From NCBI RefSeq assembly GCF_009914755.1, contig NC_060936.1: 64,000 bases of DNA, one strand, 5' to 3'. Within the stretch, counting starts at the first letter, position 1. Each line of letters opens with the position of its first letter. The notes under the pieces are model-generated. The model worked only from the letters and a program-made list of their open reading frames with translations, had not been told where the DNA came from and made no database searches. This document shows positions 40,711-54,439 of the stretch, piece by piece. Made by a program: the position numbers and the translations under genes. Source of the DNA: the human T2T-CHM13v2.0 reference genome, Homo sapiens.

Positions 40711-42894
40711 GCTTTTTTAAAGGTTAGGTATATTTTATAAAGCACAAAAACAATTTTATTCCTGTTGATAAAAAATCTATTTCATGCCTGTCATTATGCC
40801 TTTTACCATCATCTTTTAACAGAATTTACCTTAAGTATATCTTTATTTTTTAGGTCAGTCCGCCTACACACATTTTCTATGCTTTCATACAGCGGCTTTC
40901 AAAGTTCCTTTATTTTTAGCGATCAAAACCCTGCCCCGCTTTTCAAGCAATCTATTACACAGAACCTCAAAATATAAAAATGATGTAAGTTGACCTTTAT
41001 TAAAGCTGAAATAATGAATCGACAATTTTCTTACTCACTTTTCCCTCTTCCCTGCCTGCCCACCTGTCCCCAGCAATCCCTGAGTCATTCTGGACAAACT
41101 GGGCACAGCAAAAGACAAGTGAAAACTACCATTTTCATCAACCCATTTTGTGCTCTTCAGCTACGGTGTGCTTTCATAGTAATACAAACTGTACCCAACA
41201 TAGTAACACCATGTTGAGAAAATAAAATCACTAAATATCACTTTTCTTATTAGTGCACTCAAAGTGTCTACATTATCTATCCATGTTCATCACTGGATGC
41301 AGCATGACTCCAGGCATCTTTCTGCGCTATTACTTGTCTGAATTGTTATCCTCGCCACCACATGTACAATTTTAACTTCCTTTGTTAATCTTTACCATAT
41401 TCCTGTAAACCTGCTTCTCTAGTTTCTTATGGTCATTTTAAATATCAGTTCTACACTGTTCTGTAAAACTGCCGTATGTACAGACTTTCTGCCTTTTCGT
41501 GGCCATCATGTTGAATTTGATATGATACCGCTGACCACTAAAAGTAATGAAAAACACCAAGTTAATTTTTCTAACAACTGTTGTTTCTGTGTGTTTTTGG
41601 TGTGCTTTAAATTTCACTGTGACAATCATCTGCAAATAACTCGAGACCCTCCTTTCTATCAGGCTAGGAATACAGCTCTCATATGAGAGAAAACCTGCTT
41701 CCATTCTTCTCCTGCCCATTCACCTTAAAACCATACACAGTCTAGGAACTTGCTGCCTACCAAGTAAGAGGAAAAGCATTAGCATTTATACAGTGTTTAA
41801 AATGAAAACAAGCACACATTGCCATCAATTTGCTGTATCATTTTTGATCACTAGAACGTCCTCCTTGGGAACCTTTAATTACAAATTCTGCATTTTGGAA
41901 AGTCATAAGGCATTGCTGGTACTTCCAGTAGTGACAAATATAAAGTTGATTCAAATGAACAAAATTTAGGTTTCTGTCTCTATACCTCATTAGCATTAGC
42001 AAGTTCCAGTCTCATAGCAACCCAGATCTGATGATGAACACCTGCCAGCCCAGATGGTTTGGGGAGAAAATTCCTAGCTAAATAGAATAAAGTTCTGTTG
42101 TTGGGCTGTCCAAGCTGTTATTTAACAGGGATGTTGCAAAAACTCTGAAAAGCTATTATTGTAGAATTTAAACAAAGAAACATCTCCAAAGTTGTCACTT
42201 GCAATTTCCATCACTTCTAATATCTAATGTCCCAACAATTTTAGTTTGTGCAAATAATATGGTTATTCTATCTTTAGACATACTACAAATGGTATTGGAT
42301 GTCCACTGGCATGAACACAGCAGTAGAGCAAAATCAATAGCATCTGCACAATTATAAAACAAATGCTTGTATTTTCATATTTGCTTTTAAATAAATCCAG
42401 TCCTGTTCCTTCTTCTAATGAATTGGCTGATATACAAAAAACAAAATCTTCTGAATAAGATCTTAAGTAAATATTGAGTTGCTACTTCAGCCCACAGTAT
42501 TTTCTCCCTCATTCAAACTCTTAGAACCTTACTGTTTATGCTGTTTTGTTGGAGGAGGAAAGCAGGTGCTAGGGGAGATATGGCTGGATGTGAAGTCAAG
42601 AGCACTGAGATATTGGTTACCCTTGCTCAGTGGCTCTTTTTATGACCTGATTGAACCCATTAAACTAAATTTTCCTGCCCGTAAAATAATTTTGTAGTAA
42701 AGACTACTTAGATTTTTTTTAGTGTCAAAATATACCATATATCACCATATATTTTTATATGTGCATAGATTCTTTACACAAAAATGAACTACTCAGGATG
42801 AAGACTGTACTGTACATCTCTAATTTGTGGTGCAGAGCTTTTTACACAACTGATGCCTAAGGACTATCAGTTCTACCATTGCTTTCACCTTCTT

Positions 42895-43040
42895 GGTGAA
42901 AATGATGAAGATCATGGACTTGGGTAGATAATTTTCTGTTTTCTAGCTCTGTGAGCTTGGGCAAATTACTTGAGAGTATTGAGTCTCTATTTCTTCATTT
43001 GTATTTACTTCATAGGGTTGATAAGAGTGTTAGAGAATTA
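42895..43040 (+). mobile_element. MIR
   Basis: ctagctctgtgagcttgggcaaattactt...tttcttcatttgta. Confidence 0.6.
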
Positions 43041-43139
43041 GCACCTACAGTTTACATTTTGAAAACATGATTTCCTGTGCCTCCCTGCCCTGGGTTGGTA
43101 CCACAGAACTTTGCAAAGAGTCAACACTGAGGTCAATTC

Positions 43140-43370
43140 ATTGTAATAATTAAGAAAGCCAGAAGATCAAGGTTCAAATCTGGTTTTACCACTTAGTAGC
43201 TGTGTGACTTTGTGCAAGTTTGTTAATCCTTCTGTTTCTCAGTTTCACCACCTTCAATGGAGGCAATGGTAATATTCACTTCATAGGATTCATGAAAAAT
43301 AAATGAATACTTATGAATTACTTAAAGAGTACTGGATACATACCAAGTACTACTTAAGTTTAGGTGTTAG
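43140..43370 (+). mobile_element. MIR
   Basis: ggttcaaatctggttttaccacttagtagctgtgtgactttgtgcaagtt...ctcagtttc. Confidence 0.75.
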
Positions 43371-44385
43371 TTTTAACTTTACAAATATTTATTAATCAGG
43401 TTTACAAGAAAAATGCTATTATTTTAATATGGATTTAAAACTTCTATACTTGATACTGATTATGTTCAAGATGAACATAATTATTCTCAAATTTGGTGGA
43501 TTGTATAAGATGTACATTCTATAAAATAACAAATACATGCTTTTTAAACAAATCATTATAATTTACCAATTTTAATTATATGCTAATATTGTAAAATAAT
43601 GCAAATAAATTTCTCTTTTACTTTCTGCTTATGTGCTTATTTCTTTTTAATCTCTATATTGTGTATTTGTTCATAAACTAATCATAGTCTAACTTTTTAA
43701 TACCATCAGACTCTGCCATATTTGTTCACTTTGATGATAAATGAAATTTATAAATATAGTCTCTATGTGCTTTTTAATTTGTTTAGCTCTCAGATTTTTA
43801 CAAATTATCTCAGTTGAGGAGAGAGAAGTGAGCAGGTCTTTCAACACTACAGTCTTATAGCTAGAGGACTATGTCTTGTAATATTATTGAATGTATTTTT
43901 TCTCATACTTGGTATATGTCATTTTTTTTCCTGTAGGTTTCAAATAAAACAAAACCAAGCAAAAAACAAACTTCAGTAGACTAAGTGTTATAAATATTTT
44001 TTAGGGTGAAAAATCATAATTAACATGAAGTAGGGATATAAAAAGGAAATATTCAGTAATCAAAATCAGTATTCGATTGGTTCTTCTAAAGCAGAGTATT
44101 TCAGGTGAATTCCAGACTAGTAACTTTTTCCAGTAAAAGAACACCAAACAATGATTTTTCTGGTAAATATCTCACTGATAGCATTTACCCATATAAATAT
44201 TGTGGAATATAAAGTTAGATGACAATGTAATTGATGTGTGAAGAGTCAATGAAAAACATGCTCTACCAGAGGCCTATTGGATCTACAATGAGAGCAGCTA
44301 AGGCATGTTTTTAATAGTAAACTATAAATATGCAAATGAGGCTAATGGGGAAGAGGTTTGCTTTAAAACTACAGTTGTGGTAATT

Positions 44386-44695
<310 letters not shown>

Positions 44696-44846
44696 TAATT
44701 CTTTAGTTGTAGCTACCTTTTACAAATAAATGGAGCAAATGTTTTCAAGCTTTTAATTTGCTTCATGTTTCAAATGTTAATGAGTTTTATGGTTCCACCT
44801 GTTGGTAAAAGTACTATCAGGCTGCTTTGTTGTTAATATTCCTCTT

Positions 44847-45256
44847 GTATCAGTCAAGGTTCTCCAGAAAAGCAGAATCAATAGGATGCAACAACAGGAT
44901 GTATGTTTGTGTTTATATGTATTTTATGGAATTAGCTTATGAGACTGTGGGGGCTGGCAAGTCTGAAATTTGCAGGGCAGGCCTGCAGGCTAGGAATTCC
45001 AGTGGGAGCTGATGTTGCAGTCTTGAGTCTGAAAGCAGTCTAGAGGCAGAACTCCTTTCTCTTTGGGAGACCTCAGCCTTTTCTTGTGAAAGTTTTCAAC
45101 TGATTCGACGAAGCCCATCCACATTATGGATGGTGATCTTTAAAGTCTACTGATTTACATGACGGTTGATCACATCTAAAAATACCTTCACAGCAACTTC
45201 TACACTGGTATTTGAGCTTAGCCTAGTCAAGTTGACACGTAAAATTGGCAATCCCA
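44847..45256 (-). mobile_element. MLT2-family ERVL LTR
   Basis: tgtatcagtcaaggttctccagaaaagcagaa...ggctggcaagtctgaaatttgcagggcagg...gcctagtcaagttgacac. Confidence 0.85.
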
Positions 45257-46679
45257 CTTTTCCACCCACTTTTCTACATAGCACCATTCAGAGATCTTAA
45301 TCCATAGATCTCTATGATTTCACTCTTGCTGTTTCTTCATTGCTCCTACAGTACTGACTTGCATATAGCCATTTTTTTCTTTTTCATAACCAATTATCTT
45401 CCTCTATCTTCATTTCATAGTTCATATTTTTTTCTGAAACTCTTTCTCACTTCTAATATCTTCTTCCTTTTAAGACCTCTCAGTTTCTGTTGGTACCTGT
45501 TTCTCTTCCTCTTATTTTTCTTTCCACTTCTGAATGCCACTCTCATCCATCTCTATTCGTATGAAGCTTTAACTGCCTCCTTTCTCCTTTCCCATATCGA
45601 AGATGCCTACAATTTGGCCAATTTCTTCAAGCTTCTTCCCTCTTATTCACTCAAAATTTCTCATTTAGTACAACTTCAAGCTAGTAAGTTTCCCTTCAAA
45701 CCTGTGGGCTTAACACATTTCCGTGTTAGCTGAAGCACTTCACACCTTATTTCTTATTATTTGTCTCTGCTGCTGTATACAGGCACTAGCTCTTCATCTT
45801 GGTTAATGCCAACATTAGGGTCTCCTTCTCCCTATTTCCTCAGCCTCAGCTTCTCTGTGTTCCTGGCAGGGTCTTCCTTTTTCCTTGAAAGTTAATCTTA
45901 CTATACTGATGTTATGATCAATTTACTCTAACTGGATTTCAGCACTCTGATTTGCTTCTTTTTTCTTTTTTCTCACTTTCCCATTTCCTCAATGTTAAAA
46001 ACACAGCACTATTCTCTACTATGCTTATGATCAGGTGAAACCATATTTAGTTTTTTTCCTTTTCCCATTTTCTCTACAATTTAATAATGCTTTTTACCCA
46101 GACTTTCAAAAATATTTTTCATTTATGATATTCTGATCCTCAGCTCCCTGGGTATTCACTTTGCAATCTTCTCATGCTGGTCCATCCACGGTCCTGCTGC
46201 CAAATATGATTTTTTAAAGTGATGCATTAAATCATCTTACTCTTCTTCACTCGTTCTCAAATCTTTTGGAAGCACAATTTTTAAGAAATAAATTTTCTCT
46301 GGGCATAACCCCTGTTCATATCTTATCTATGAGTATTCTGATCAATGATTAATAACTGAAGGATTTCTATTCTTCCTATCTATAAGTTTACATTTTAAAA
46401 AAATTTTTCTTCACTGATGTAACTTCTTTTTCATCTAAATTATTTCATTCACACCCTTTTTAAGAACTCTCACATTTCCTTTGTCATTTTTTTACCCTGT
46501 TGAGGTTTTGAAGTTGGGCTTCTGTACCTATTTGGCCTAATTAGGAGTCATGCAAAAGAAAAGTATCAAGTATAAAAATTAAGAATCTGAAAATAGATAT
46601 GCTATATAGTTTGGAGTTTTCATAAAAAAGTAGAAACAAATTGAGATGTAAAATCACATCACCTGTGTATTTCTACGAT

Positions 46680-47318
46680 GTGTTCTCCAAAAATACATAC
46701 ATCATTAATGTTATCAAAAGCCACCATCATGTTTAATAAAGGAGCACTGAAAGTGTTATAAGTCCAGACAAGATGTCACCAATATTGTTCTACATTGTTC
46801 TTGAGATGCCAGATTGAATAATTAGACAACAAAAGGAAATAAAGCACCAGAAATGTTGATAAGACATTATTATTGCATATATGATTGTATGCTTAAAATA
46901 CTTAAATTATTAAAAATTAAAAGATAATGTGGCTGAGTAAATATATGGAAATGAATAAGAAACAGGCCTCATTTACAATAGTAATCTCCACACTTTTCCC
47001 CCAACTCCCTCCAAAATGCTTGTAAATTTATTAATATAATAAAAAGAGGGGGGAAGAAGGGCATATAATATTCTTTACTAGCAATATCTGACATCTTTAA
47101 AATGACAATTTTACCTATGACTAGCTAAATGTTTCATGTTCCCAATAAAAAGATCAAACGGACATCTTGGAACTAGCTAGGCTAATTCTAGTTTATATAA
47201 CTAGAAAATAAACAATAGCTAGGAAAACTCTAAAAAATAAATATGAATGAGAGGAATTATACTACTAGATAACAGATCTCTGAATTATAACAGAAAATAA
47301 AGAAATCAACTAAAATAC
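46680..47318 (+). mobile_element. L1ME ORF2 (RT region) remnant, host of the nested cluster
   Basis: caagatgtc...cattgttcttgaga...aattagacaacaaaaggaaataaa; ttattgcatatatgattgtat (decayed FADDMIVY region). Confidence 0.6.
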
Positions 47319-48025
47319 TGTCATCTGAATGGTATCCCCCAAAATTCGTATGTGGAAACCTAATCTCAATAGCATTAAGGGAGGGGCATTTAGAAGAAAA
47401 CTAGGCCATGAAGGCTCCACACTGCTGATGGGATTCATCCTGTTATAAAAGAGGTACTGAGGGAGCTTTGCCCAACCTGCAATGTGAAACACAGAGAAGA
47501 TCCCATCTATGAGGAACAAGCCTTACCAGATGATATGGTTTGGCTGTGTCCCCACCCAAATCTCATCTTATAGTTCCCATAATCCCCACGTGTCCTGGGA
47601 GGGACCTGGTGGGAGGTAATTGAATCATGGGGGCTGCTTTCCCCACGTTATTCTCGTGGTAGTAAGTTCTCATGAGATCTGATGGTTTTATAAGGGTCTT
47701 CCCCCTTCACTTGGCTCTTCTCCTTACTGCTGCCATGTGAAGAAGGATGTGTTTGCTTCCCCTTCTGCCATAATTGTAAGTTTCCTGAGGCCTCCCCAGC
47801 CATGCTGAACTGTGAGTCAATTAAACCTCTTTTCTTTGTAAATAATCTAGTCTCAGGTATGTCTTGATTAGCAGCATGAAAATGGACGAATATACCAGAC
47901 CCCAAACTTTCTGGACCTTGATCTCATATTTCTCAGCTTCCAGTACTGTGAGCAATAAATTTCTGCTGTTTATACATTATCCAGTCGAAGATATTTTGTT
48001 ATAATAGCCTGAATGGACTAGGACA
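47319..48025 (+). mobile_element. MLT1A/MSTD-type MaLR LTR, interrupted by THE1C
   Basis: cccccaaaattcgtatgtggaaacctaat...aataaatttctgctgttt...ggactaggaca; TSD aatac. Confidence 0.85.
47531..47894 (+). mobile_element. THE1C-like solo LTR
   Basis: tgatatggtttggctgtgtccccacccaaatctcatc...; TSD ccaga at 47526-47530 and 47895-47899. Confidence 0.92.
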
Positions 48026-48219
48026 AATACATACAGTAATTTGAGAACATTTAAAATAAGTATCTCATTGGGATCAAGGATAGGTGTAAGGTAAATATTG
48101 GTATTTTTGGTGCTTATGGAGCTTATATAAGTGCAATAATAATTTTTTAAAAGGTGGAGTATTTTGGTTTATTTTAAATTTAAATTTGGGTTCTAATTTA
48201 AATTTTAATCAGAAATGTT

Positions 48220-51200
48220 ACAAACAGAAAATGGAAGCCAATTGGTATTTCAATAAGCCAGAAATCTTCTATTGCAGCTTTTAAGGAAATATCCAACTAC
48301 AGTAGTCCCAAGGAAAAAGGCTGAAAAATTAAGCCCAAGATACAGTCACAAGGGTGGCAAAACTGCAGAGGAGATGGACTGTCCAATCTCAATTACTTAT
48401 AATGTCAAAGTCAGGACCCTGATAGGAAAATATAATTCTGAGGCCTAGGATAGACCCATATATGTGGATGAGTCTGAATTAACTGGGTGTCAAAAGTTGC
48501 CCTCTTTTTCTTTTGTAAGACAGAAAGTTCTTTATTCTTGGTACTAGCGACTTGACTTGTAACTTGTAAGGTAACACTTATCCTACCCTGGATCTTCCCC
48601 TGCTTTGTTAATTGGTTTGTATTGCTGTGATAGAATACCTAAGAATGAGTCATTATAAAAAAACATTTTTTTCTCCCACAGTTCCAGAGGCTGGGAAGTC
48701 CAAGATCAAGGTGCTGACACCTGGTATTTGGTAAGGGCATGATTTCTACTTCCAAGAGGATACTTTCAGTGCTGTATGCTCTGGAGGGGAGAAACACTAT
48801 CCTCACATCAAAAAGAGCAGAATAGGGTGAACTCATTTCTGCAAGCCCATTTTATAGCAGCATTAATCTCTTCATGAGGACAGAGCTGGCATAAGCTAAA
48901 CATCTCCTATTTAAATACCATCTCCCAACACTGTTGCATTGAGAATTTACAACACATGAATTTTTTGCAGGAGACACATTTAATTATACCATCTGCAAAG
49001 TTTCATTGACTTCATGACTTCTGGGTGATAATCAGTCAGGTATCAGCACCATCCTGGAAAAAATGCCTTAAAGCTGAATAAATTGCAATACTTGCTTAAT
49101 ACCAACTGTTAGAAACCAGTGGAACAGATTTTGGAATGGGTCTGCAAAAATTTGAAACTAGGAACAGAGCATATGACTGGTTGGTAAAAAATTGTTGACA
49201 TGAGCAGCTCATCCATCACTTGCTGTTCAATGTTTTGGCAAGGCCATCTGACCAGTATCTGTTGTGATGGCTACCTGAAGGTTGGATGTGATGAGGGACT
49301 TTGCTGAATTTTGGATAAATGACAAAACATTTCTGATATAGTATTGAGGAAAAGGCAGAAGGTCAGGGAGGTATGAATGTTAGAATAGAATGATAATGTA
49401 AGGCCTGAAAATCCGCCACTTTACTGTATTTTCCGAGAGGGGCTAAAGTAAACCTCTTTCATTAAGGCATCAAAAAATGTACTGGAAAAAGATGACACTA
49501 GATTATTTAATAAACTTGTGGTGGTCTTTTTTTGTTAGCTGGAGTTGCTGGTAGGATTTGTTGCTGTGGAACTTAGCTCCCTAGTATCAATGGAATAAGG
49601 AAATTAAAAAAAGGTAGAGACAAAGTTGAGCACTTAAATGTGGGCGGCAAACTGGGTATAATTACCTTAATGGGCAAAAAGGCCAGAGGGGCAATCAGAA
49701 AACCTTGACCGTTACAAATCTTTGGTATTGACTAATCACATGGTGTTTCTTAAGAAAGATGGACCACTAACAAGGGTGGTATTGGGTAATTAAAACTCAA
49801 GAACTGTTGAACAAAATACTATGCAAGCTGCTACAATGAAAAAATGTGGTCCCTTGCTCAGATCATTTCAAATTAAATTCACAAACCCAGAGCCCATTGG
49901 TTGAAGAAGTCTGGAAGTCTTGAAGAAAGACCCTTCAACACCTCTAAAAATATATACAACAAAACTTTCCAATTCTTTCCCCATGGAAAATAACCTGTGG
50001 TTGTTTTCCAGGTGTGTTTGATCTAACATTAATACCTGAGAAACCAAAACACAATTATGGGCTTACCAAAGTAAGAAATTATGAAGGTCAGGTGAAAATA
50101 ATTTGGGGAAGTCTATCTCTTAGCATATCTAAAAGTACCCATGGATATATTTTGTGATTACCCTGGAATGTATATTTAAAATTGATATACCTAGCAGCTG
50201 TCTGAATAATCACATTGGTTTCCTAATTAGAGAAATAAGAGACATTATAGTATGAAATAAAAATGGAAGTCTGAGAAACTTCTGGAACTATTCTGTCCCT
50301 GCCAAGATATAAATCAGAAGCAACAATGTCTTATGGGAATAAATGACAGGGATTTTATATTATTTAATCAACTGTTATAGTCCTTCCAAAAATGAGATAG
50401 AAAATAGTCTGTGAAAATTGACAACCATAAATTTGAACAATTGATAGATTCAATTTCAGCTGCCATGTTGGATTTTTACTTGAGCAGATCATTAAAGCCT
50501 CTGGCACTTTGTATGTGGTCATTGATCTGGCAAGTGTTATCTTCTTGTTCTCCATCCATAGGGAAAATAAAAAGCATTTTGCCTTTTCATGAGGAGATAG
50601 TTGCACTGAGTCCCTGTCCTTCCCTGGGGGACAGGCTAATTCTTTCTCTGTCCACTGGGATGTCAATTACCATAATTTTCCACACACATTGTACCGGTTC
50701 ACTATCTTGATAGCAGCATACTATTTGAACCTGGTGAGAAGGAGAGACACGTATTCTAGATGCCTAAATAAAACGTATATGCCAGAAGGTGGAATTTCAG
50801 CCTGTAAAGATTCAAGGATCTGCTACCTCACTGAAGTTAGGGTTCAGTAGTCCAGATTTGGTTAGCCTATCCAAGGTAAAAGCAGATTATTTATACTTTG
50901 CTACTTCTTTTTTCCACTGCAAAAAAGGTGCAGCTCTCATTTGGTATATTTATATTTTTGAAGTAATCTATCTATCCATCCATCCATCCACATCTACCTA
51001 TCTATATCTATCTATGTCTGTCCATCCATCCATCCAATGGTGCTGGCATCCTCAAAAGATAATGATCCTGCTTGGTCTTTAGCAAGACATGCTGAAATAA
51101 TGGCTGATATATGATTCTGTAACTCTAAAAATAAAAAAAGTAGGTCTAAAAACTAAGGAATGAAAGTAGGATTACCCTCCTCCTCCTAAATTTCGGAGGC

Positions 51201-51890
51201 CCATTCGAGAGTTTTTTTGTTTTCTATCCTCATATAACCTTAGTCATAAAGTTATTCATCCAAATTCTTATGTCTTTTATCAAAGGCTTTTTTAACCAAA
51301 GAAACAGAGTCCCACTGATTTTGGTCATTCTCTCACTTATCCAGTAAACCAGTAGAAAAACAACAGAGTGATTTTAATGGCAGAGGTAATAGACTATTAT
51401 CACTGTGAGAAACTTGAGTTGCTGCTACATAATGGGGACAAAGATATGTCTGCAATTCAGTGATAGTTTTAATATCTCTTTAAGCTCTTATACCCAGTGA
51501 TAAGTTTTGCCAGACAATTGCCACAACCACAGCTCAACAAGGACAAAGCAACTACAGGCTCATGAGAAGTGACAGTCAGCATCACTCTATCAAGCCAGCA
51601 AAACAGACCAGTTGAAGTGTTGGCTGAGGTGAGTGTATTCTAGGATCAGTGTTAGAGGAGTAGTTGATGACTTACAGTTATGGCCTGGGGATCAGCTTCA
51701 GCAGTGAAGGCTGAACATTCTTGCTATAAGTATTTAATTGATTGAAGCTGGCTACTATTTTAAACTTATTGTGCACTTTGTGACTCATTGGGCTTGAATC
51801 TCCCCTCTTATGTTCTCACGAAAACACAGGCTTCATATTGCAATGTGGAATCTGGATATAATGAAGGGCATGGATAATCTGAGTGATGCA
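48220..51890 (+). mobile_element. Decayed ERVL internal region (gag, pro, pol/RT, dUTPase-like 3' part; ERV3-16A3-like)
   Basis: 50482-50589 reads EQIIKASGTLYVVIDLASVIFLFSIHRENKKHFAFS, matching the ERVL RT block ...IDLANAFFSIP...QFAF. A gag-like gtcaaagtcaggaccctgataggaaaa lies at about 48405. Confidence 0.75.
48601..48992 (-). mobile_element. MST-family MaLR LTR inserted in the ERVL gag region
   Basis: cacagttccagaggctgggaagtccaagatcaagg...ccatctcccaacactgttgcattg. Confidence 0.8.
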
Positions 51891-51894
51891 AGGT

Positions 51895-52430
51895 TTTGAT
51901 TATATCAAACACGTACTATGCATCTATTCAGATCATCTCTTATTCACTTGTCCCTTCTTCAAGCTGTCAGTATAGCAATTAGATCTGTATGGACTCTGAT
52001 TAACTTCACATAGTCACCACCTAATGCAGACAACTCTGCTCAAACTTTCTGCCTTTTGGCTCCATTTTGGAGCTTGTTTGTTGATGGTGCCATTGTGGAA
52101 ACTCACTCACTGCTCAACTATGTGCAACTTGGAACTGCAGTGAATTAATTCCTCATGGGACAAAACGACAAATAGGAGGTGGAATCTGAATAACATACTT
52201 TTCCTTTCCCAGATGGAAGCCCTTAGACATATTTTATGTGGATTTTCAGGGAGATCCTAATCAAGAACCAACTGCACAACCAGGTTGATACTGCCTTATT
52301 TTATTGTCTTTCTCACCTTCCCTACTATACTCCTCAAATCCATTGCTGCTTTCTGGAATTTTACTCCCGGTGCAAAAGAAATAAGCCATCTGGCTTAGAC
52401 TCTACTTTCTGAGAAATTAATGCTAAGAAA
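51895..52430 (+). mobile_element. LTR16-family 3' LTR of the ERVL remnant
   Basis: gtgcaacttggaactgcag...cactgctttctgga-like tgctgctttctgga...gactctactttctgagaaattaatgctaaga end motif. Confidence 0.55.
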
Positions 52431-52557
52431 GATAGTAACAGATTTCATGGAAAAGTTAATACAAAACAGATCTTCAATATATGAAAAGATGCTCAACCTC
52501 AAACTAAAATAAGAAAGCTTTCATACAGATGAGATCAAGCATTCTGATCAGACATTA

Positions 52558-53503
52558 GTGGGTCAAAGTCAGCATATGGAGCTGACCTGAAACCGACCTA
52601 AAATCTAGGTTTTAAGGCTCTCTTAGTGCTGGGGCTCTGGATCAAAGGGCACCAGCTTCCTGAAGCATGTTATTCTTACGGTACACTAGAAGAGTGCAAA
52701 GGAATTGTGCCATACTTTTTAAGGCCTCAGCTCAGAAGCTGCACACTATAACTTCTGATCACATCTGATTAGTTCAAGCAAGTCATGTGTAGTGTGATGG
52801 ATTCCCCACTAGGCTTAAGGGTGTTATGTCTGCTGCCTGAACCTTGAAGGCTGGGCAGTGAGCCAAGGCCATGTTGCCCAGCTAAGGAACAGGTATTCTT
52901 GAGAACCCAAACATCCCTGGGATGTCAAAAACTTACCAAAAAAAAAAAAAAAAACAAACAAAAAACCAAAAAAAACCCAAACCAGTCTCAGTTGGCTATT
53001 GCTGCTTTAATGCTCCCCACCTCCCAGAGTTGCTGGTTTGCAACAACAAACATTTATTTTATCCTCATTGGTATGCAGATCAGCTGTGACTTGGTTAAAG
53101 TTGTCTGAATTTGGCAGAGACTCTGGTGGGCCAAAGTCAGCATATGGAGCGGACCTAAAACTGACCTACACAAACTCAGTAGGCAAAGAGGCAGAAAATT
53201 AGCTTACAAGCAGTTTAGAGATGGGAGGCAGTGCAGATCTCTAGAGCTGTCCTGCCACCATCCAAGAGTGCCCTGTATGTAAGTCTTAATAAGTTGACCT
53301 ACTTGCCAAGGTGGACTCATCTAAGTCGTTCTTTGGTCCCTTAGTTCCTTTCCAGTTTGGGGATAGTGGGAGGTAACAGTCCCAAGTTTTTCTTGTAACA
53401 ACATGGTCAAGACCAAAGTCAGTGGGGTGGTATAAAATATGGAACCACAAGGGCTTGGGAATTGGAATGAATATTTGCTAAATGACAATCCAACCCATAA
53501 TAA
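52558..53503 (-). mobile_element. MLT1H-like MaLR LTR (rearranged; interrupted by a MER54-like LTR)
   Basis: taaggcctcagctcagaag...caagcaagtca [insert] catggtcaagaccaaagtcagtggggtgg...gaatatttgctaaatgacaatcc. Confidence 0.65.
52788..53400 (+). mobile_element. MER54-like ERVL LTR
   Basis: gctgcctgaaccttgaaggctgggcagtgagccaaggccatg...gtaggcaaagaggcagaaaattagc...tttttcttgtaaca; flanks tcatg/acatg. Confidence 0.65.
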
Positions 53504-53970
53504 CTTCTATGAAATATGACTTAGCACTATCAACATAGATTCAGAAATTCCACATCCAGGATTTTATAGTATAGATATATGGCACAAGTAAGAAACCGTA
53601 TGCCTGAATTTTAATCAATAGATGATTTGTAAAGTAAATCAAGTTACACCAATTCAACAGGCTCTATGCCGCCCATTAAAAATAATGAGGCAACATGAAA
53701 CACACACTTGCAGAAGGACCACCAAGATATACAGTAAAGTGTAAACACAAAGTACAGAAGAGTCTGTATAGTTGCTATAATTGTGAGAAAAATATAAATA
53801 TATTTGAATATATATACTATCTCTGAAAGGAGTTATTAGAATCTGACAACAGTAATTACTCCAGTGAGGAAAAATGAGCGGCTGGGGAAAGAAGCAAATG
53901 GGAGACTTTTTCTCTGTATGTTGTTTTATTACCTCGAACTTGTTGCAAGGCATATTTTTACTCACTTAAA
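53504..53970 (+). mobile_element. L1ME 3' end remnant
   Basis: cagaaattccacatccagga; cacacttgcagaaggaccaccaagatat; aacagtaattactccagtgagg. Confidence 0.55.
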
Positions 53971-54439
53971 AGTAAAGGTGCAAGATACAAGTTAGAAATC
54001 TAAAATTCTTCTCATTTGTCATTGGCTTGTAATTGTTAATAGTCCAGAATTTTCTGAGTGTCTGAACCTTTATCTTCCCCTCTCTCCCCTAGGTAAAGCT
54101 ATGGTACTTTAGAAAAAGTCAACTCTGTGTAAACCACTGTATCAGGAAAATCTTCTGGTTGTGCCTCAAAATCTGCTTTATCCAACTTGTTCCTCCTTGC
54201 ATTTACACACTTCTCTACTACTCAGTACTTATAAAAACTTTGCCTTGCTCTGTAAATTCCTGAAACTACTTTCATTGCTTTTTTAAACACTTCAAAATTA
54301 CAGCAAACATTTTATTCTTAAAGATTTTGGCCATTTCATTACTGTTGAGTTTTAGAGAGCTCACCTAGTTTCAGACTCATACCATCTACTGATTCGTCTC
54401 TTTATCTTCCTTCTTTTTTGCTCTGCTCTTTCCCAAATT

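Noticed and set aside
45314-45733. 139-aa hydrophobic membrane-like ORF
   Set aside because: The Phe/Leu/Ser bias follows from a pyrimidine-rich tract. No recognisable domain.
50340-50900. Domesticated ERVL reverse transcriptase
   Set aside because: Only about 36 codons are readable before a stop, and the surrounding frame is broken.
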